Below, in pieces: positions 44,517 to 58,273 of a stretch of DNA of 64,000 bases (position 1 is the stretch's first letter; each line of letters opens with the position of its first letter). The position numbers and the translations under genes are program-made. Below the pieces are notes generated by a model. It worked only from the letters and a program-made list of their open reading frames with translations, searched no databases and was not told the DNA's origin. The DNA lies in NCBI RefSeq assembly GCF_009914755.1, contig NC_060938.1. One strand, 5' to 3'. The DNA is from the human T2T-CHM13v2.0 reference genome, Homo sapiens.

Positions 44517-44806
44517 GAATAGTATTCATTCAGCCATAAACAAAGAAAATCCTGCCATTTGCAGTAACATGGATGAATCCACAGGGCATTATGGTAAGTG
44601 AAATAAGCCAGACAGAGAAAGACAAATACAAATACCACATAATCTTACTTATATGTGAAATCTAAAATGGTGGAGCTCATAGAAGCAGAGAGTAGAATGG
44701 TGGTTATCAGGAGCTGAAGGAAGGACTAAATGGAGAGACGTTGATCAAAGGACACAAACTTTCAGTTTTAAGGTGAATAAGTTCTGGGGATCTAATGTAC
44801 AGCAAT
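44517..44806 (+). mobile_element. L1MA9-L1MB-like 3' fragment
   Basis: AAATCCTGCCATTTGCA.TAACATGGATGAA..AAGTGAAATAAGCCAGACAGAGAAAGACAAATAC..ATAAGTTCTGGGGATCTAATGTACAGCA. Confidence 0.8.
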
Positions 44807-45377
44807 GCTGCTTCTGATTAATATATTGGTTGGTGTAGAAAAGGTCAATTTTATGATTTTCCTCAAGACCCTTCACATCATAATTTCTTTTTTTTTTCTT
44901 CTTTCTTCCCATAGGTTTCAGGGTACTAGATTATCAGGCTTATAAACCCAAATGTTCTTCAGATTTAGAGATATGCATTTAGTCTCTTCCTGATTTACAA
45001 TGACATCATCAAAATAATTTTTCAGAACATTCTGCCCTTCATATATTCCACTGTAGTCCCCAGTTTTATAATTTCTTAGCATTGAAAGTTGGTTATCCTG
45101 GGCCCTCCATTTAATCTTCCCAGAGTTTCCAATATTTATAACATCAACCTCCCAGATTCATACTTTTATATAATTGCTGCAATACCTTCCAGTTGCCATG
45201 CCCATAGCATTTCCTAATACCATACCTAGCATCTGTATCCTGTCTCAGTCAACTGCAACTTAGAGCCTTGATAATTTTAAAATTGCTGCATGAAAAGTAT
45301 TACCACCACCTCACTTGTTACCAGGGATAGGGTCCTAATTGCCATACTCATAAATAATTTTGTTTGAATATTAATTT

Positions 45378-45540
45378 CTTTTTTTGTTACATGGATGAAT
45401 TATATAATGGTGAAGTCTGAACTTTCAGTGTACCTGTCACCTGAATAGTGTACATTGTATCCAATAAGTAATTTTTCTTCCTTCATCTCCACCCAACTCC
45501 CCCCCATGCCTTGCCAATGTCCATTATATCACTGTGTATA
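45378..45540 (-). mobile_element. L1PB3/4-like 3' fragment
   Basis: TTGTTACATGGATGAATT.TATA.TGGTGAAGTCTGA..GTCACCTGAATAGTGTACATTGTA. Confidence 0.72.
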
Positions 45541-45759
45541 ATAATCTAGCTTCAGATCTTATCCACAGCAGCTGCTTTCTAGAGTAATCCTGGCTTCAAC
45601 TACCTTGGCCTTACTTTCTATGTCAGTAGCATCTGAGGCCAAGGAGGCTTTCCTCCTACCTCATAGAGTTGTGTGTCCTGGAGAACAGAAAATGGGGAAG
45701 AAATGAAGTAAAACAGGAAAAAATAACACGGGAGTTTTAGCAAGCTGGTTTGTCAAGTA

Positions 45760-45835
45760 TCAGGTTGGCGCAAAAGTAATTGCAGTTTTTCCAAATTTAA
45801 TGGCAAACACCGCAATTAATTTTGCACCAACCTGA
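45760..45835. mobile_element. MADE1 (Hsmar1-derived palindromic MITE), complete
   Basis: TCAGGTTGGCGCAAAAGTAATTGC ... GCAATTAATTTTGCACCAACCTGA inverted arms; TA on the left, CA on the right. Confidence 0.9.
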
Positions 45836-46603
45836 CACAACTAATTGCTAAAACATCAGGATCATCTTCCTTTAGACAATATAATGGATGCTTCTCAGGA
45901 CAGTCTATTACAAGGAAGGAGGAAAATACTTTTTTATTTGCCAGGTTTCATTTCCCATTGATCAGTGGTTTGCTCCATAGGACATTATTTTCCTTGCACA
46001 TTCTGATTGGCACGTAGGCGACACCAATAGGTTTCACAGCATTCCAGCATTTAATATCAGCAGGGAGTGGGAAGCAAATAAGTGTGTCTTACGTTATGAG
46101 GTGAGTTCTTACTGGATTGTGCCTTCATATAGTTATTTGGATCATATGCATATTTTTCGCTGCAGTCATTACCCAGGTCAGAACATGTGACCTAATGTTC
46201 TGGAGAGAGGTAAAATTAAAAGTACATGAAATGGAGCATAGGAGTTATGTGATACCAGAAAAGTTTACGTTGAAGCACTCAGCTAAACAAAGAGAATGCT
46301 ACCTCTCAGCTTCTAGGCTTGCTTTCCAGTTACAAAATTGGCATTTTTCAATTTTCATACAAAAAGTTAAAAAAACAAATTTATCACAGTAAAGTATCAG
46401 ATGCTTGGATGAAAAAATAATATGATCTATCTGGCAAGGTATTCAGATTATAGTGTCAATCAAGTGATTCCTTATCAAATTTATAATTTTTGGCTAAAAG
46501 TATATTGCTTATAAAATATAATTCCACAAAATTTGCAATTTTTTCTGTGTGAACTGTGAGTGAATTTTTAAAAGATTGATTTATTTCTTTAATAATCAAC
46601 AGA

Positions 46604-46911
46604 GGCTGGGCTCAGTGGCCCATGCCTGTAATCCCAACACTTTGGGAGGCCAAGGTGCGTGGATAACGAGGTCAGGAGTTTGAGACCAGCCTGGCCACTG
46701 TGGTGAAACCCCGTCTCTACTAAAAATACAAAAATTATCTGGGTGTGGTGGTGCGTGCCTGTAGTCCCAGCTGCTTGGGACGCTGAGGCAGGATAATCGC
46801 TTGAATCCAAAAGTCAGAGGTTTCAGTGAGCCGAGATCACGCCATTGCACTCCAGCCTGGGAGACAGAGCGAGACTCCGTCTCAAAAAATAAATAAATAA
46901 ATAAATAAAAT
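46604..46911 (+). mobile_element. AluS (Sg-like), full length, (TAAA)n tail
   Basis: GGATAACGAGGTCAGGAGTT shows the 2-bp deletion diagnostic; TSD AATAATCAAC(A/T)GA (46591-46603 / 46912-46924) after a TTT/AA site. Confidence 0.94.
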
Positions 46912-47004
46912 AATAATCAACTGAGCATTCTCAAAGAGACTTGCCACAGCATTAAAGTTATTTCATAAACTGGTGAGTATTTTTATTGTTATGTGGCTTT
47001 CATA

Positions 47005-47008
<4 letters not shown>

Positions 47009-47040
<32 letters not shown>
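47009..47040. repeat. (GT)16 microsatellite
   Basis: Direct observation. Confidence 0.95.
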
Positions 47041-47041
<1 letters not shown>

Positions 47042-47303
47042 TCCATGGTCTATCAACCTTATCAGGTGATTTTGATCTTTATAATTTCATTTAGCTGGTA
47101 TAATTTCTTTCTTCAGTGTTCTCATTTTTTTCCATTACTTTCAAAAATATAATTATTCTTCCTTTGTTTTGTTTTTATTTTTCACTTGACCTATTCATCT
47201 TTGCTTTTCAGGCACTTTAGAGATGCTGTTATACTCTGCTAGTCATTTTTGTTTCAGCCATATTCTTATTTCTCTTTTAAAATAAAAAACCAAGATGCTG
47301 TGA

Positions 47304-47553
47304 GGCCAGGCATGGTGCCTCACGACTGTAATCCCAGCACTTTGAGATGCCGAGGTAGGTGGATTACCTGAGGTAGGAGTTCAAGTGATGGTGGCACACG
47401 TCTGTAGTCCCAGCTACTCAGGAGGCTGAGGAGTGCAGGAGAAGCATTTGAACCTGGGATGTGGGGGTTGCAGTGAGCCGAGATCATGCCACTGCACTCC
47501 AGCTTGGGCAACAGAGCAAGACTCCGTCTCCAAAATAATAATAGTATAATAAT
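47304..47553 (+). mobile_element. AluS with internal deletion across the monomer linker
   Basis: Left monomer stops at GGAGTTCAAG (47385) and resumes at TGGTGGCAC; TSD core AAACCAAGATG (47287-47297 / 47554-47564). Confidence 0.92.
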
Positions 47554-50410
47554 AAACCAAGATGTAGCGTTTCACAATATAATATTTATTGGGTCTGTAT
47601 GTTGATCCTCCAAAATGTCTACATTGAAGTTAAGCATGTTGTTTTTAGAGTAAGTCTTCAGTAGGAATTTTGGGTTGTTACGTATCTTTAGAGAAAGTTA
47701 TGCTCAAGGATGTAAGGGTTTGTTCATTTATTTAGGATTTGGTTCCTATCACAACTGACATTTGAAAGTAGATAGTCTATTTAAATATGTCTATATGAGA
47801 AAACTTTTAGTATTTATTCTGGTATTAATCATCTTATTTCTTTAAAAATATTGAGATAAATGGAGTATAATTCTAGCCATCAATATGTATTTTCCACACA
47901 TCTTTAATGTTATTGTACTGCCCTTTTTGAACCAATTCTGCAAATATTATTTCATACCAAATAATGTTTTATGACCTTTCTTTTAATGTAAGATCCTATA
48001 ATAAAGCCACATTTCTTGATACGGAAATGGTGTTTTACATTTTAATACTTTCTAATAATCATTTCAGAGGAACAATAGGGAATGATTTTTATGTCAAGAA
48101 AAAAGTCAATTCTAAGAGAAATATTTATATTAGGTTATTATAGTTTCAACATGTATCAATTTCCTTCTTTCATCCACTCATTTTAAAAATATTACTTGAA
48201 TGTAAGTCATGTTTGGTCCATGTTGGTACATTAGCAACATGGAAACTGAACAAAACATTCCCAAAGACATGCATACAGATCTCACCCTGCTACTTCCAAG
48301 AACCTCCTTTATCTTTGAATATAAACCTACCCAATACATTTGTGGTTGCAGTACACTTTCTTCACAGGTTTTATGTTTCTTTAAGCTATCATTTATATCT
48401 CTGTAATCTATCATTCAGTTTCACCTGCATTTGTTAATGTATGCATCTACTTAGAGAGTTCCAAAGGAGTAAAGCTGATTTTAGCTAGGTATGATAAACA
48501 ATTCTGCCCTAGTAATTTTAGAAACGGAGTCTTTTGCTGAAAAATATGCACCCATATTTAAATGGTTAACTGATGAGATTCACAGAGAAACAGCAAACAC
48601 TAGTGAATTCTCAGCAAATGCCAGTTTCAAAATTGATGCTCTGACTGGCATGTAGAAGTCTTTGTATGTATAATAAGTATAGCTATCTGCACTCTGTTAT
48701 TCTGTAGAGATTTTCTGTTTGGGTCATGAGGAATGTAACTACTGGCTCTTTCTATTCGTATGTGAGATTTTGTTGTTGCCATTGTTTTGTCGTCTTCTTA
48801 CAGAAGCAGTAAGGGAGAGGATAAAGAAACACTGAAAATGGTGGAGCATTCAGTCCTCCTCTTTCCAAACCCAACCAGCCTATTTGTTTTGTATCACTAA
48901 AAGAGAAAAGTTAGAAGAAAACATCTGAAAAAGTTTGCTGATCTGCCAGATGTCAAGGTGGTTAATTAGAGCAGTGAAGTAAAGTAAAAGTAACAATCAA
49001 ATTTTTATTCATTTACTGTGATGGTGGAGGCAAGAGGCAAATAAAAATATGTGTCATGTTTCGTTTAGGAATGATATCAGGCACGGATCACTCAGATGAC
49101 ATGCAGTTCAGGCGTGAGAAATATCTCACTGTGGAGGAGCCCTGAACAAAATCCTTTTGCAGTTTTTTGGACCTGGGTGGCTGAGGATCCTGAGAGGGGA
49201 AGACTTAGGACTGGAAATACACTGAGTTAGTGTGACAGACAGTATCTCAGTCAAATGCCCCCAGTAAGAAAGTGTAGGCAAAGTTGCCTGAAAAATGCCT
49301 CGGTGGAGGTGTCCATGTGAAAAAAACAAAAGCCTCAGGGTGAGGTTCTTGAGGTAGGAATGCCTATATATAGTATAAGCGTGTCTGGCTTGAGGTGGGC
49401 AGGTAGCTTGAGTCTTTGACTGCAATTCTCTCCAGAGAGTGCAGTGCACTGGCTGCGCACCAAGCCTGGTGTGAGGATGGCAGCTGTCCCTCATGAGGCT
49501 TTCCAGATAAGGTCTTTTTAATTACCTATAGTCAGACCTGAAAGATCACACACAGGCTTTTGACCTGGAGCCAGATTTCTAAAAGTTCTGGTCATCAAAA
49601 TGTATGATAATTATACCTTAGGTTCCAGGAGACCAAGTAAATTGTAGATAATTTAATCTGGCAAGCTATAAAATGAAGGCCTCAAGCTAGTCATTTGAGA
49701 AGCACCCAAAAGAACATTATTATTAGTAAGAGAACCACAAGAGGTGTGATTGGTGCAGAAGATTGCTATAGGAAGCACTCAAGCACCAGCTCAAGGAGTT
49801 GAGTGAAAATGTTTTGCAGACGTGTAAGATTCTGGAGACTCTACAACAACTTTCCACTAGTAGCTGCTGCACTTCAGGCCACAAGCCACTTTGTGATAGT
49901 ACGTTTCTCAACTAATTATTGGAGGATGTGAGGAGATCATTCTCATCTTATGGAACCATTTCTGCCTAGATAAATTACCTAAAATGTACACTTACCTTAA
50001 AGACAAGTATGAGTAAACTGACCAAAATCACTTCCTTTCATTTGTCTTCTCAATTAAGCTATAAAATCTTGGGATGTAAGGCATTCACCTTGGCAGATAT
50101 CTTTCCCAATTTTTGGTGTGGCAGAAGAAGCAGTGACATCTTAACAAACTTCCTGCCTTAGTCAGGACAGGTATCAGGGATGCTTAACAAACCCAGATCA
50201 ACAGATGGAGTTGAATACATTGAGAAAACTCATTCTCAAAGTTGGCAGAAGGGCACAAGTTGCAGAATTTGCCCTCAAGGATTCCCACCTCACCGTATGG
50301 GGTTAGAAAAAATCAAAACTATTTCAAAAGAAGTATAATACTCTAGAAATGCTTTGAAATTCTAGAAAATGCCTGAATTTTTTTCTGGTCAAGATAGACG
50401 ATATGAATAT

Positions 50411-50800
50411 ATATTAGTCAAGAAAACCTAGAAGATATACTGAGGTAGTAAACAACAACAAAATCATTGGTAGTTATACAGTAAAAGCTTGTTTTTAGTT
50501 TCTATAAAGTTGTCTGAGGCACTAAGCAGCTTTCCAGGGAAAGCATTCTTTTTGCAGCAACTCAGTAATCCATGCTAATGAAGTTTCCACTACTTTATAG
50601 GTGCTCCACCTGAAGTTTGCAGTCTCCTCAGTCCACCTGGAAGAGAAAGGCAGTGCTAGGTGGTCTCTCACCAGTAATCAAAGGCTTTGGCCCTGAATGA
50701 CACATTATTTCCATTCAGAAATCTCTGCCAATTCTAGTCAGGTGGCTTCATTTAACTGCAATGAAAAGTCATGGGTGAACAGTGAAAGTGTCTAATGCCG
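50411..50800 (-). mobile_element. Old MLT1 (K/L-like) LTR
   Basis: TATTAGTCAAGA start, AAGGCTTTGGCCCTGAA.TGACACA, CTAGTCA.GTGGC..TTAACTGCAA. Confidence 0.5.
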
Positions 50801-51210
50801 AGTATCAAGCTGTGAGGTATTGTAAATGTGACCTAATTTGTACTCAGAGTGGTAGAGCTTGGAAATACTAATAGCAGGTATTCCCTCCACATTAAAAAGA
50901 TTGGGAGGGAGGATGATTCAACTGCCCTCAAGGTTCTTTCTCCACCAAATGGTTTATTTCTCCTGTTCACACACATTAATATTCCTTACAATTTAGGTCT
51001 ATGACATTAACAATCTTGATTTGATGTTCACTGCCCTGAATCATTAATCAAGGAGAAATAAATATATATTTATGTCTATACCTAACTTAGCTCTAGTGGA
51101 CTCTTTCATAAAAATCAGAATTAGATTCCGGATGTTAACTACCCTTCCTAACAAATAAAAACCTTTTATGTGATGTTAAAATTTTTTGGTGTTCATAATT
51201 ATTACTGTAA

Positions 51211-51463
<253 letters not shown>

Positions 51464-54400
51464 TAGGCCAAGACCATTTTATATGGAAAATTTCAACCAT
51501 TAATCCGCTTTTTTTTTGCTTAAGTGAAAATTAAGATGCTTTAGAATGTTGGAAAAAATTACGGTTCACTTAAAAATACCTGTAGTCAAGACCTTTAAAA
51601 ATGGTGTATGTGTTAACTTAAATTGTCTTTGATAGACCATAATTCCCCCATCCTTTTTGAGGGGAAAACTTTTATGGAAGTTGTTACTGCACAGCTGTTA
51701 TTTCCTCTCACTAATAATTAGCTCATTGTAAAGTTCAATCTGTTGATACTTTAAGCCAGCTATTTTACTAGGTCAGTTACATAATGCCAAAATCATCAAG
51801 TAACTTATTTATTCATGTTTATTTTTGAAGGTAGTGTGAAATATGTTTTTCCTGCTATCAGTACAATTTATTTTTATCTTTAATGACTGGTATTTACCCG
51901 CATGTTTCCTCACCCAAACTCTTGTTCTTATGTTATATCACACTTATTCAGTACTTCCTAGCTTTCTGTTAGTTGTGTGCTTGTAAGTATTAAATGCCTT
52001 TTTTATACCTTAGCTCATTCTCCTCTATTAATATGGTGTACAACCTTGCCTATAGGCAAAACTAGGCATTTGAGAGAGGTGGCTGGGCAGGACAGAATAA
52101 AAAGTGTACAGTTCATGCAGGTGCAAAAATGTCTGAGGACATGACTGGACATTAGGACACAGGTAAAGGTCATTTCACCAGGCAGTAAGAGAGGCAATGA
52201 TGCACTATTCACGTTTCATCTTTATCTCTAATGTTCCAGTCTTCCTCTGACTGTGATTGTATTTTCTTCCCATCACAGACATGCAAATATGGCAGTGATG
52301 TTTTATCAAAAGTGACAAATAGCTAAGGATATTACGTATGCTACAGAATGGGTATGGTTATATATAGGACATGTGCATATACATTCTAACACACCTTGGC
52401 CAGACATACACATATTAGGCACATAAACAAATGCACATACACATATACCAAACTCACACCACACATGTAGCATCCTTTCTTTGTTGTGTATTTGTTTAAA
52501 AGTAAAATTGTGTTGTTTTCTTAATAACACATAAATAATTTAATTTATATGTTTATAGTTTATATAGTCTTACATATGTTTTTATTTTTTAATTTTTTAA
52601 ATATTCTCTTTGAAGTATCCCAAGAGTTCAATATTTGTATATAAGATTATATAAAGAAAAAGTTTCTTCCCTTTTCCGTATACATTCCTTTTATATCTCT
52701 ATATACATTCCCTTTATATCTCTAAGAATATAAGAAAAGGATATACATTCCTTTTATATCTCTAAGAAAAGCCGCTAATTATTTCTAATGTTGTTAAAAG
52801 TATTACTGTAAAATAATAAATCATGAAATTGGCTCCTAATTTCATAAATGACTTTTACTATAATATACTTCAGTATTAGAATGTATTATAAAAATAACAT
52901 TTGGGTAATAAGAGATAATTATTTCAAATATTAAGTTAAAAATATTAACTAATACTAGATATTTGTTTTTCTAGATTTATGGAAATATCACCATAAAAAT
53001 GTAATTATAGACTTATGAATATAGACATCTTTAACATCTCAGTCTGAGGAAATTTATTGAAATCATATTTTATCTCTACCACTTGACAAAGGGTCAAAAA
53101 ATATTAAGGAAGAAATAGAAAAATAAAAAAATTATGAGAATCATGATCACTGAACCAATTACATATTTTGCCCCTCTTAATAATTATCCCCTTTCTTCTC
53201 TCAAGTCAAGGTAGAGAAATTGAGAGAAATACGGATGGTCAAAGAAAGAGAGAGTGAAGAAAGAAAGAGGGCATGAAAAAGTCTGCAGGAAATAGGGGAC
53301 ATGACAAATGTAATTTTTTTAAGGAAAATATCAAAAATTTAGACTAAATTAGAGGGTAAAGGGGCCTATATTTAAACTACTGTGTCACAAAGTATTCTCT
53401 CACAAAACTGAATACTTAAGATTACAAAAGACTATTAACTGCCACAGCAGCTACCCTGCCACAGATATCCATGTTGGACACATGCACATACATTTACACG
53501 CACAAATCCCTCCAAGTATAAGTAAACAAGCAAAGGAATGTGATAGGCATGGCAAAGGGGAACGTGGGAGAATAACTTAGAACTATTTTTCAATATTTTT
53601 CTAAGGCCATTTAATGACTGTGATTCAGGTTCTCTTCTTCTACTGTGAAAAATAACTCTTGCTTCACAGTGTGCACAATACCCTTAACATGTATGTTTCT
53701 ACATAAAGAATAGAAATCCTACTTTTATATTCTTGAGGGAGTATTCTTCCCTCCAATGCCATACAAGAGGGCATATCAGAATAGCACAATTAATCCTGAT
53801 GTTCAAAGAGGTGAGGTGTCTATGATAATCCATTTCCTGGAGCTCACAGCAACCCCAAATATTATTGAATTAGACGGTAGAGAGAAAATGTCTGTGTTGT
53901 ATAGTCTTGAAATCATTTCTCTAAATGTGTCATAATATACTGATGGACCATAAATCTTCTATTCTTACCATATAGAATTTTAAGGACAGTAGCTCCAACA
54001 ATTTTGTTATTTTGGTTGCTTTGATTGTTTCCTCTTTATTTTTGGTTAATTTTCCATTTTTTGTACCATGTCTTTTGCTTTGAAGATGAAGCCTTCCAAT
54101 ACAAAAGCTGTAGATGTCTGTAGTGGGGAATGTTGCACTAGCTGAAAAGTAAACAGTAAAAGCAAGGAACAAGAGAAATTCCTGAATTTTGAGATAAATA
54201 ATGAGAACTCTGAGAAATGGAAGCATATCAGTCATGCTAACACCGTATTAAATGAATTTAGGTCTCCTTTTCATAATGTAAATGCAAAGAAATTAGAGAG
54301 GAAGAGCAGATCACTTGGATAAAATTGCTGACTGAACAACACTTCTCAACTTCTAGCACTGTAAGAATAGTATAAAAAGTAAAAACAAACAAACCCTCAC

Positions 54401-55149
54401 ATAGTCATTCAGTAACCATTCAACATTCTCACTGTACCCATTCAACATTCTATATTAGAAGATAATTATGTCTCAAGGTACACTTATCTTAGCATGACAG
54501 CTTAATTGTGTTGGATTGATTTATATATTAAAGAAAATAAATTCTAGTTTTATGGCGATGTTTTGTAGTTTGTTGCCTTGAAAATCTAGAAGGATAAAGG
54601 GATTCAAGGAAAAGCAAGCACTTAAAAAGGTACTCATAGGGCACAAAAATGTAGTAGTGACCTAGATAATTGGTTGTCAGTAAAGATGGATGTGCTCAAC
54701 AATTTTTAGGAGTGATGATAGTGGTGATGATGTTTGTTCAAACTGGTTACTATTCTCTGCTATAATTTTCTTTCATTATAGCAAATATTATATGAAAATT
54801 TTGTACTATGTATCACATATTTAATGATCACTTGGAAGATGTCATACACTCCTTATTCTCACTCAAATAAAGGGTACAAGACAGCACAAGAGAATCCAAA
54901 GTCATTGATAAATGAACCTGAGGCAAACTTTCAGAATAAGATGTGATAGGCGACAAACAAGAAGTGTAAACACTTACAAAATAAGAATATGTGAATTCTA
55001 TGAACCATTAGGGAAAACCTGGGCTTTGATCAAGAACATGGGTTGGAAGCTCATGCTATTTGATATACACACTTTAAAAGAAAGGGGGATAGGAAACTGC
55101 AAGGGAGTAGGGTATATGGGTAATAACTGTGTCCTCTTGTGAGAGACGC

Positions 55150-55557
55150 TATACCATGCACCAAAATTGATCTCCTATCCCTGGGCATAAAGCTAGAAAT
55201 TTAGCAGCCTCATTTGCAGTTAAGTACAGCTGTGTGGAATTCTTTCCCACACAGTGGAACTGAAATGCGACTAGCAGTGATGTAGCCCAATTTTTGGCCT
55301 ATTGAAACCAAACACATTTCTTCTTCATCTCATTCCCCTTCCACTAGCTTCAGGCAAATAATTGTCTTTTCCTAGTAGAGGCATACCACAAAATGGAAGA
55401 AACTTGAATTCCTAGATCACTACATGAAGGAGAGCCATGTCTTTATCTTGACCACCCAACTAAGACTGTGGCAATAAACAAGAATTACGCTATTGTATTA
55501 TGCTTGTGAAATACTGGGATTTATCTCTTTCTAGAGTCCAGTCTCTCCTAACTAATG
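55150..55557 (+). mobile_element. Old MLT1 (H/I-like) LTR
   Basis: CAGCCTC.TTTGCAGTTAAG, CCACAAAATGGAAGAAACTTG..TCC.TAG.ATCAC.ACATG.AGGAGAGC, ends CCTAACTAAT. Confidence 0.6.
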
Positions 55558-55679
55558 TCTGCCATCTTGTTGGGACCTCAAGGAAGGAGAATGTTTTTGA
55601 GAATACAAGTATCCAAAATATAGGAGGCCACTTTGATTTTGTGGTTTTGATAAATTTTTTAGAATCTTGTATATTCATG

Positions 55680-56370
55680 AGTCTCTTCATTAATTCCAAA
55701 ATAAATAAAGAAAATAAGCTTGGCACCCTCTTGAAGCTGAAGGTAAAGCTTCTACTAAAAAGATGTTGCAATAAGACTAGACAAAATAATAAACATATAA
55801 ATACACGACATGCGATAAGGCCTATGACAGAAAAAGTAAACCTAAGGGAAGATAAAGGTGTAAACAAGGGAGAGGTGTTATTACAGATGAGTCTGGAGGG
55901 CTTGGAAAAAGGGGGCATTCCAGATAGTGACTGAAAAAAGTATGAAGGTCAAATAAATAAGCAAAAGAAAGCAATATACTTTCCAGAAACTGAGAGTAGT
56001 TAAATAATTTCAAGAATCATGTATAATGAGGTTATACAGTGACCCATCAGGGTTATTATGTGAGACAGGAATTATATAACATGGTTCAGAATCTGGACTT
56101 TATATTGCAGGCTGTGAGAGGCATTGGAGAATTTTTAGCAAAGAAGTGATATCATTGCATTTTCTGCTGAGGAAAGATTACTATGGTAACCATAAGGAAG
56201 GTAGATTGGAGGAGGGATAAGACTGATGACAGGGAATGCCAATTAGAAGGTTGATGTATTAATCTACATAAGAAATAATGAGGCCTGAACCATGTCATGG
56301 TGTGGGAATTAAAGAGAAGCACAGTTTGGAGAGGTGCTGAGGTATTTCCTCAGTAATTGGATATATAAGA
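55680..56370 (-). mobile_element. Degenerate L2
   Basis: GGACTTTATATTGCAGGC..TTGGAGAATTTTTAGCA..AAGTGATAT..AGAAATAATGAGGCCTGAAC typical of antisense L2. Confidence 0.55.
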
Positions 56371-57734
56371 TTTGAATACCAGCAGCTTACTTTTTAGATT
56401 CTATCTTATTTACTTGCCACCCAATCTTCCCTGAACCATTCCTCGGTAAAAAAACATACCTGAGATGTAATGTCATTTGGTGGTCAAGCGAACTTCTGCT
56501 GGTTTCAAACACTAGATGAAAAGAAATAACTGGACTCATTACGCTACTGTGTTAGTGTCCCAAAAGAAACTTGCAATTTTTATATGGGAGCTACCATATT
56601 TCCTTCAAAAAAATTAAAATAAGGGGAGTAAAATTGCTCCAATTGCTCTGAGAGTTAAAACATAGAATTATCATAAAACTGGTAAGGCAAAGTCACCTTG
56701 AAAAGACAGAAGGGTCTCAAAACATCAAGATTCTACTGAAACCAGACAACTCTGTTCTGTATACCTTTGGTAACAAAAGATGTGTTATTTAGTTTTAAAA
56801 TCAGATGTATGGGGCTGGTAAATTTGAATCTAAACCTAAGCAGACAACCCATTCTCAACTTAACAGTTTAAGATGTTTTATCTGTGGTTATATCTAGGTT
56901 TAGTTTAAGAGGGGTTGTTTTTGTTTGTTGCTTAGTCTTCAGAATTTTTCATCCTAGTCATCCCCAAAACCATAAAATCTAATTAAAATCAGTGATCTTG
57001 CCATATATATTTCAGCCTAAAGATAGTACCATAGATTCCAGCTATCCTCTAAGCACTGCTTCCTTGAAGTCCTTTCTTTACAGAAATATAGAGTAGCTAC
57101 ATTTATTCAGCTGACGATGATTACGGCCAGAGCCCTTTATCTTAGGAAGTTCAATAAGATGATGACATTCACGAGACCCCTGAGAACACAGCCAGCTTGT
57201 CTTTTCTTGCTGGTTACCCTATGGTTAACTTCTTACATTGTTAAGGTGCTATTATTACTATGACTTCATCATGCTTTCTCCCTGCACTGCATCCTAGACA
57301 AACTGCAAAGTAAAGGCAATACTTTAGAAGTAAATTTATCAAGAGCAGAGCTAAATTCCCAAAGGAAAGCATAAATGACCCCTGCCGTGACGCGAATCCC
57401 AGGCTCCTGAGGTGAAAATGGCCCTGCTTTACTCAAAATGTAGAAAGAAAATGCATATAAATAATTCTGATTCTTATACAATTAGAAAGTGATTCCCTTA
57501 TTAATCTAATATTGTGTTCATTTTTTAAAATGCCTTAAATTACCATATAGAAATAGGAAAGGATAAGAAAAAATATAGCTCAATAATATATTGAGAAACA
57601 AATATAGCTCAGTACTAACTGGTAGGAAATTCATAATTCTTAATATAGCAAAGACTATATTAAACACAAGGGTGGAAATAACACGTTAAATACTTGCAGA
57701 ATGAAACTGTAAATAGTTCTATGAAGAAGATTGT

Positions 57735-58075
57735 AAAGCCATTCACTGCACAAGGACATTTCAGTCAACAACAGACAGCATATACAATGTTGGTACCATA
57801 AGATTATAATATTATATTTTTATTGTACCCTTTTAATGGCAGATATGTTTAGATATAGAAGTACTGACCATTGTATTACAATTGCCTATAGTATTTAGTA
57901 GTAATATGCTGTACAGGTTTGTAGCCTAGGAGCAACAAGCAATACTATATAGCCTAGGTGGGTAGTAGGCACTACCATCTAGGTTTGTGTAAGTACTCTA
58001 TGAAGTTTGTACAACAATGAAATTGCCTAATGCATTTCTCACAATGTATCCCATCTTTAAGCAACAAATAATTGT
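57735..58075. mobile_element. Tigger3a (MER7A)-like element
   Basis: CATTTCAGTCAACAACAGAC.GCATATACAATG.TGGT.CCATAAGATTATAATA; GGTTTGTAGCCTAGGAGCAA; CCATCTAGGTTTGTGTAAGTAC. Confidence 0.85.
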
Positions 58076-58273
58076 GTTAATTACAGTCATTGTAATAAGT
58101 GGCTATTGTAATAAGTTACCACAAACTTCATGATTTAAACACCACTAATTTATCACTGTATACTTTTGTAAATCAGAAGTACAAAATGTGTTTCAGTAGG
58201 TGTCAGCAGGGCTGCGTTCCTTGTTGGGACTCTAGGGAAGAATTGGTGTCCTCAGCTTTTCCAGCTTCTAGGT
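58076..58273 (-). mobile_element. MLT1C/D-like LTR fragment interrupted by MER1B
   Basis: TTACCACAAACTT..AGGTGTCAGCAGGGCTGCGTTCCTT..CTCTAGGG.AGAAT..CTTTTCCAGCTTCTAG. Confidence 0.75.

Noticed and set aside
44881-44920. Strong polypyrimidine acceptor ...CTTTCTTCCCATAG|G
   Set aside because: I found no convincing downstream donor or ORF, and such tracts are common in AT-rich DNA.
55490-55934. Overlapping 142/144-aa ORFs on opposite strands
   Set aside because: They span MLT1 and L2 relics and contain no recognisable domain; consistent with chance.
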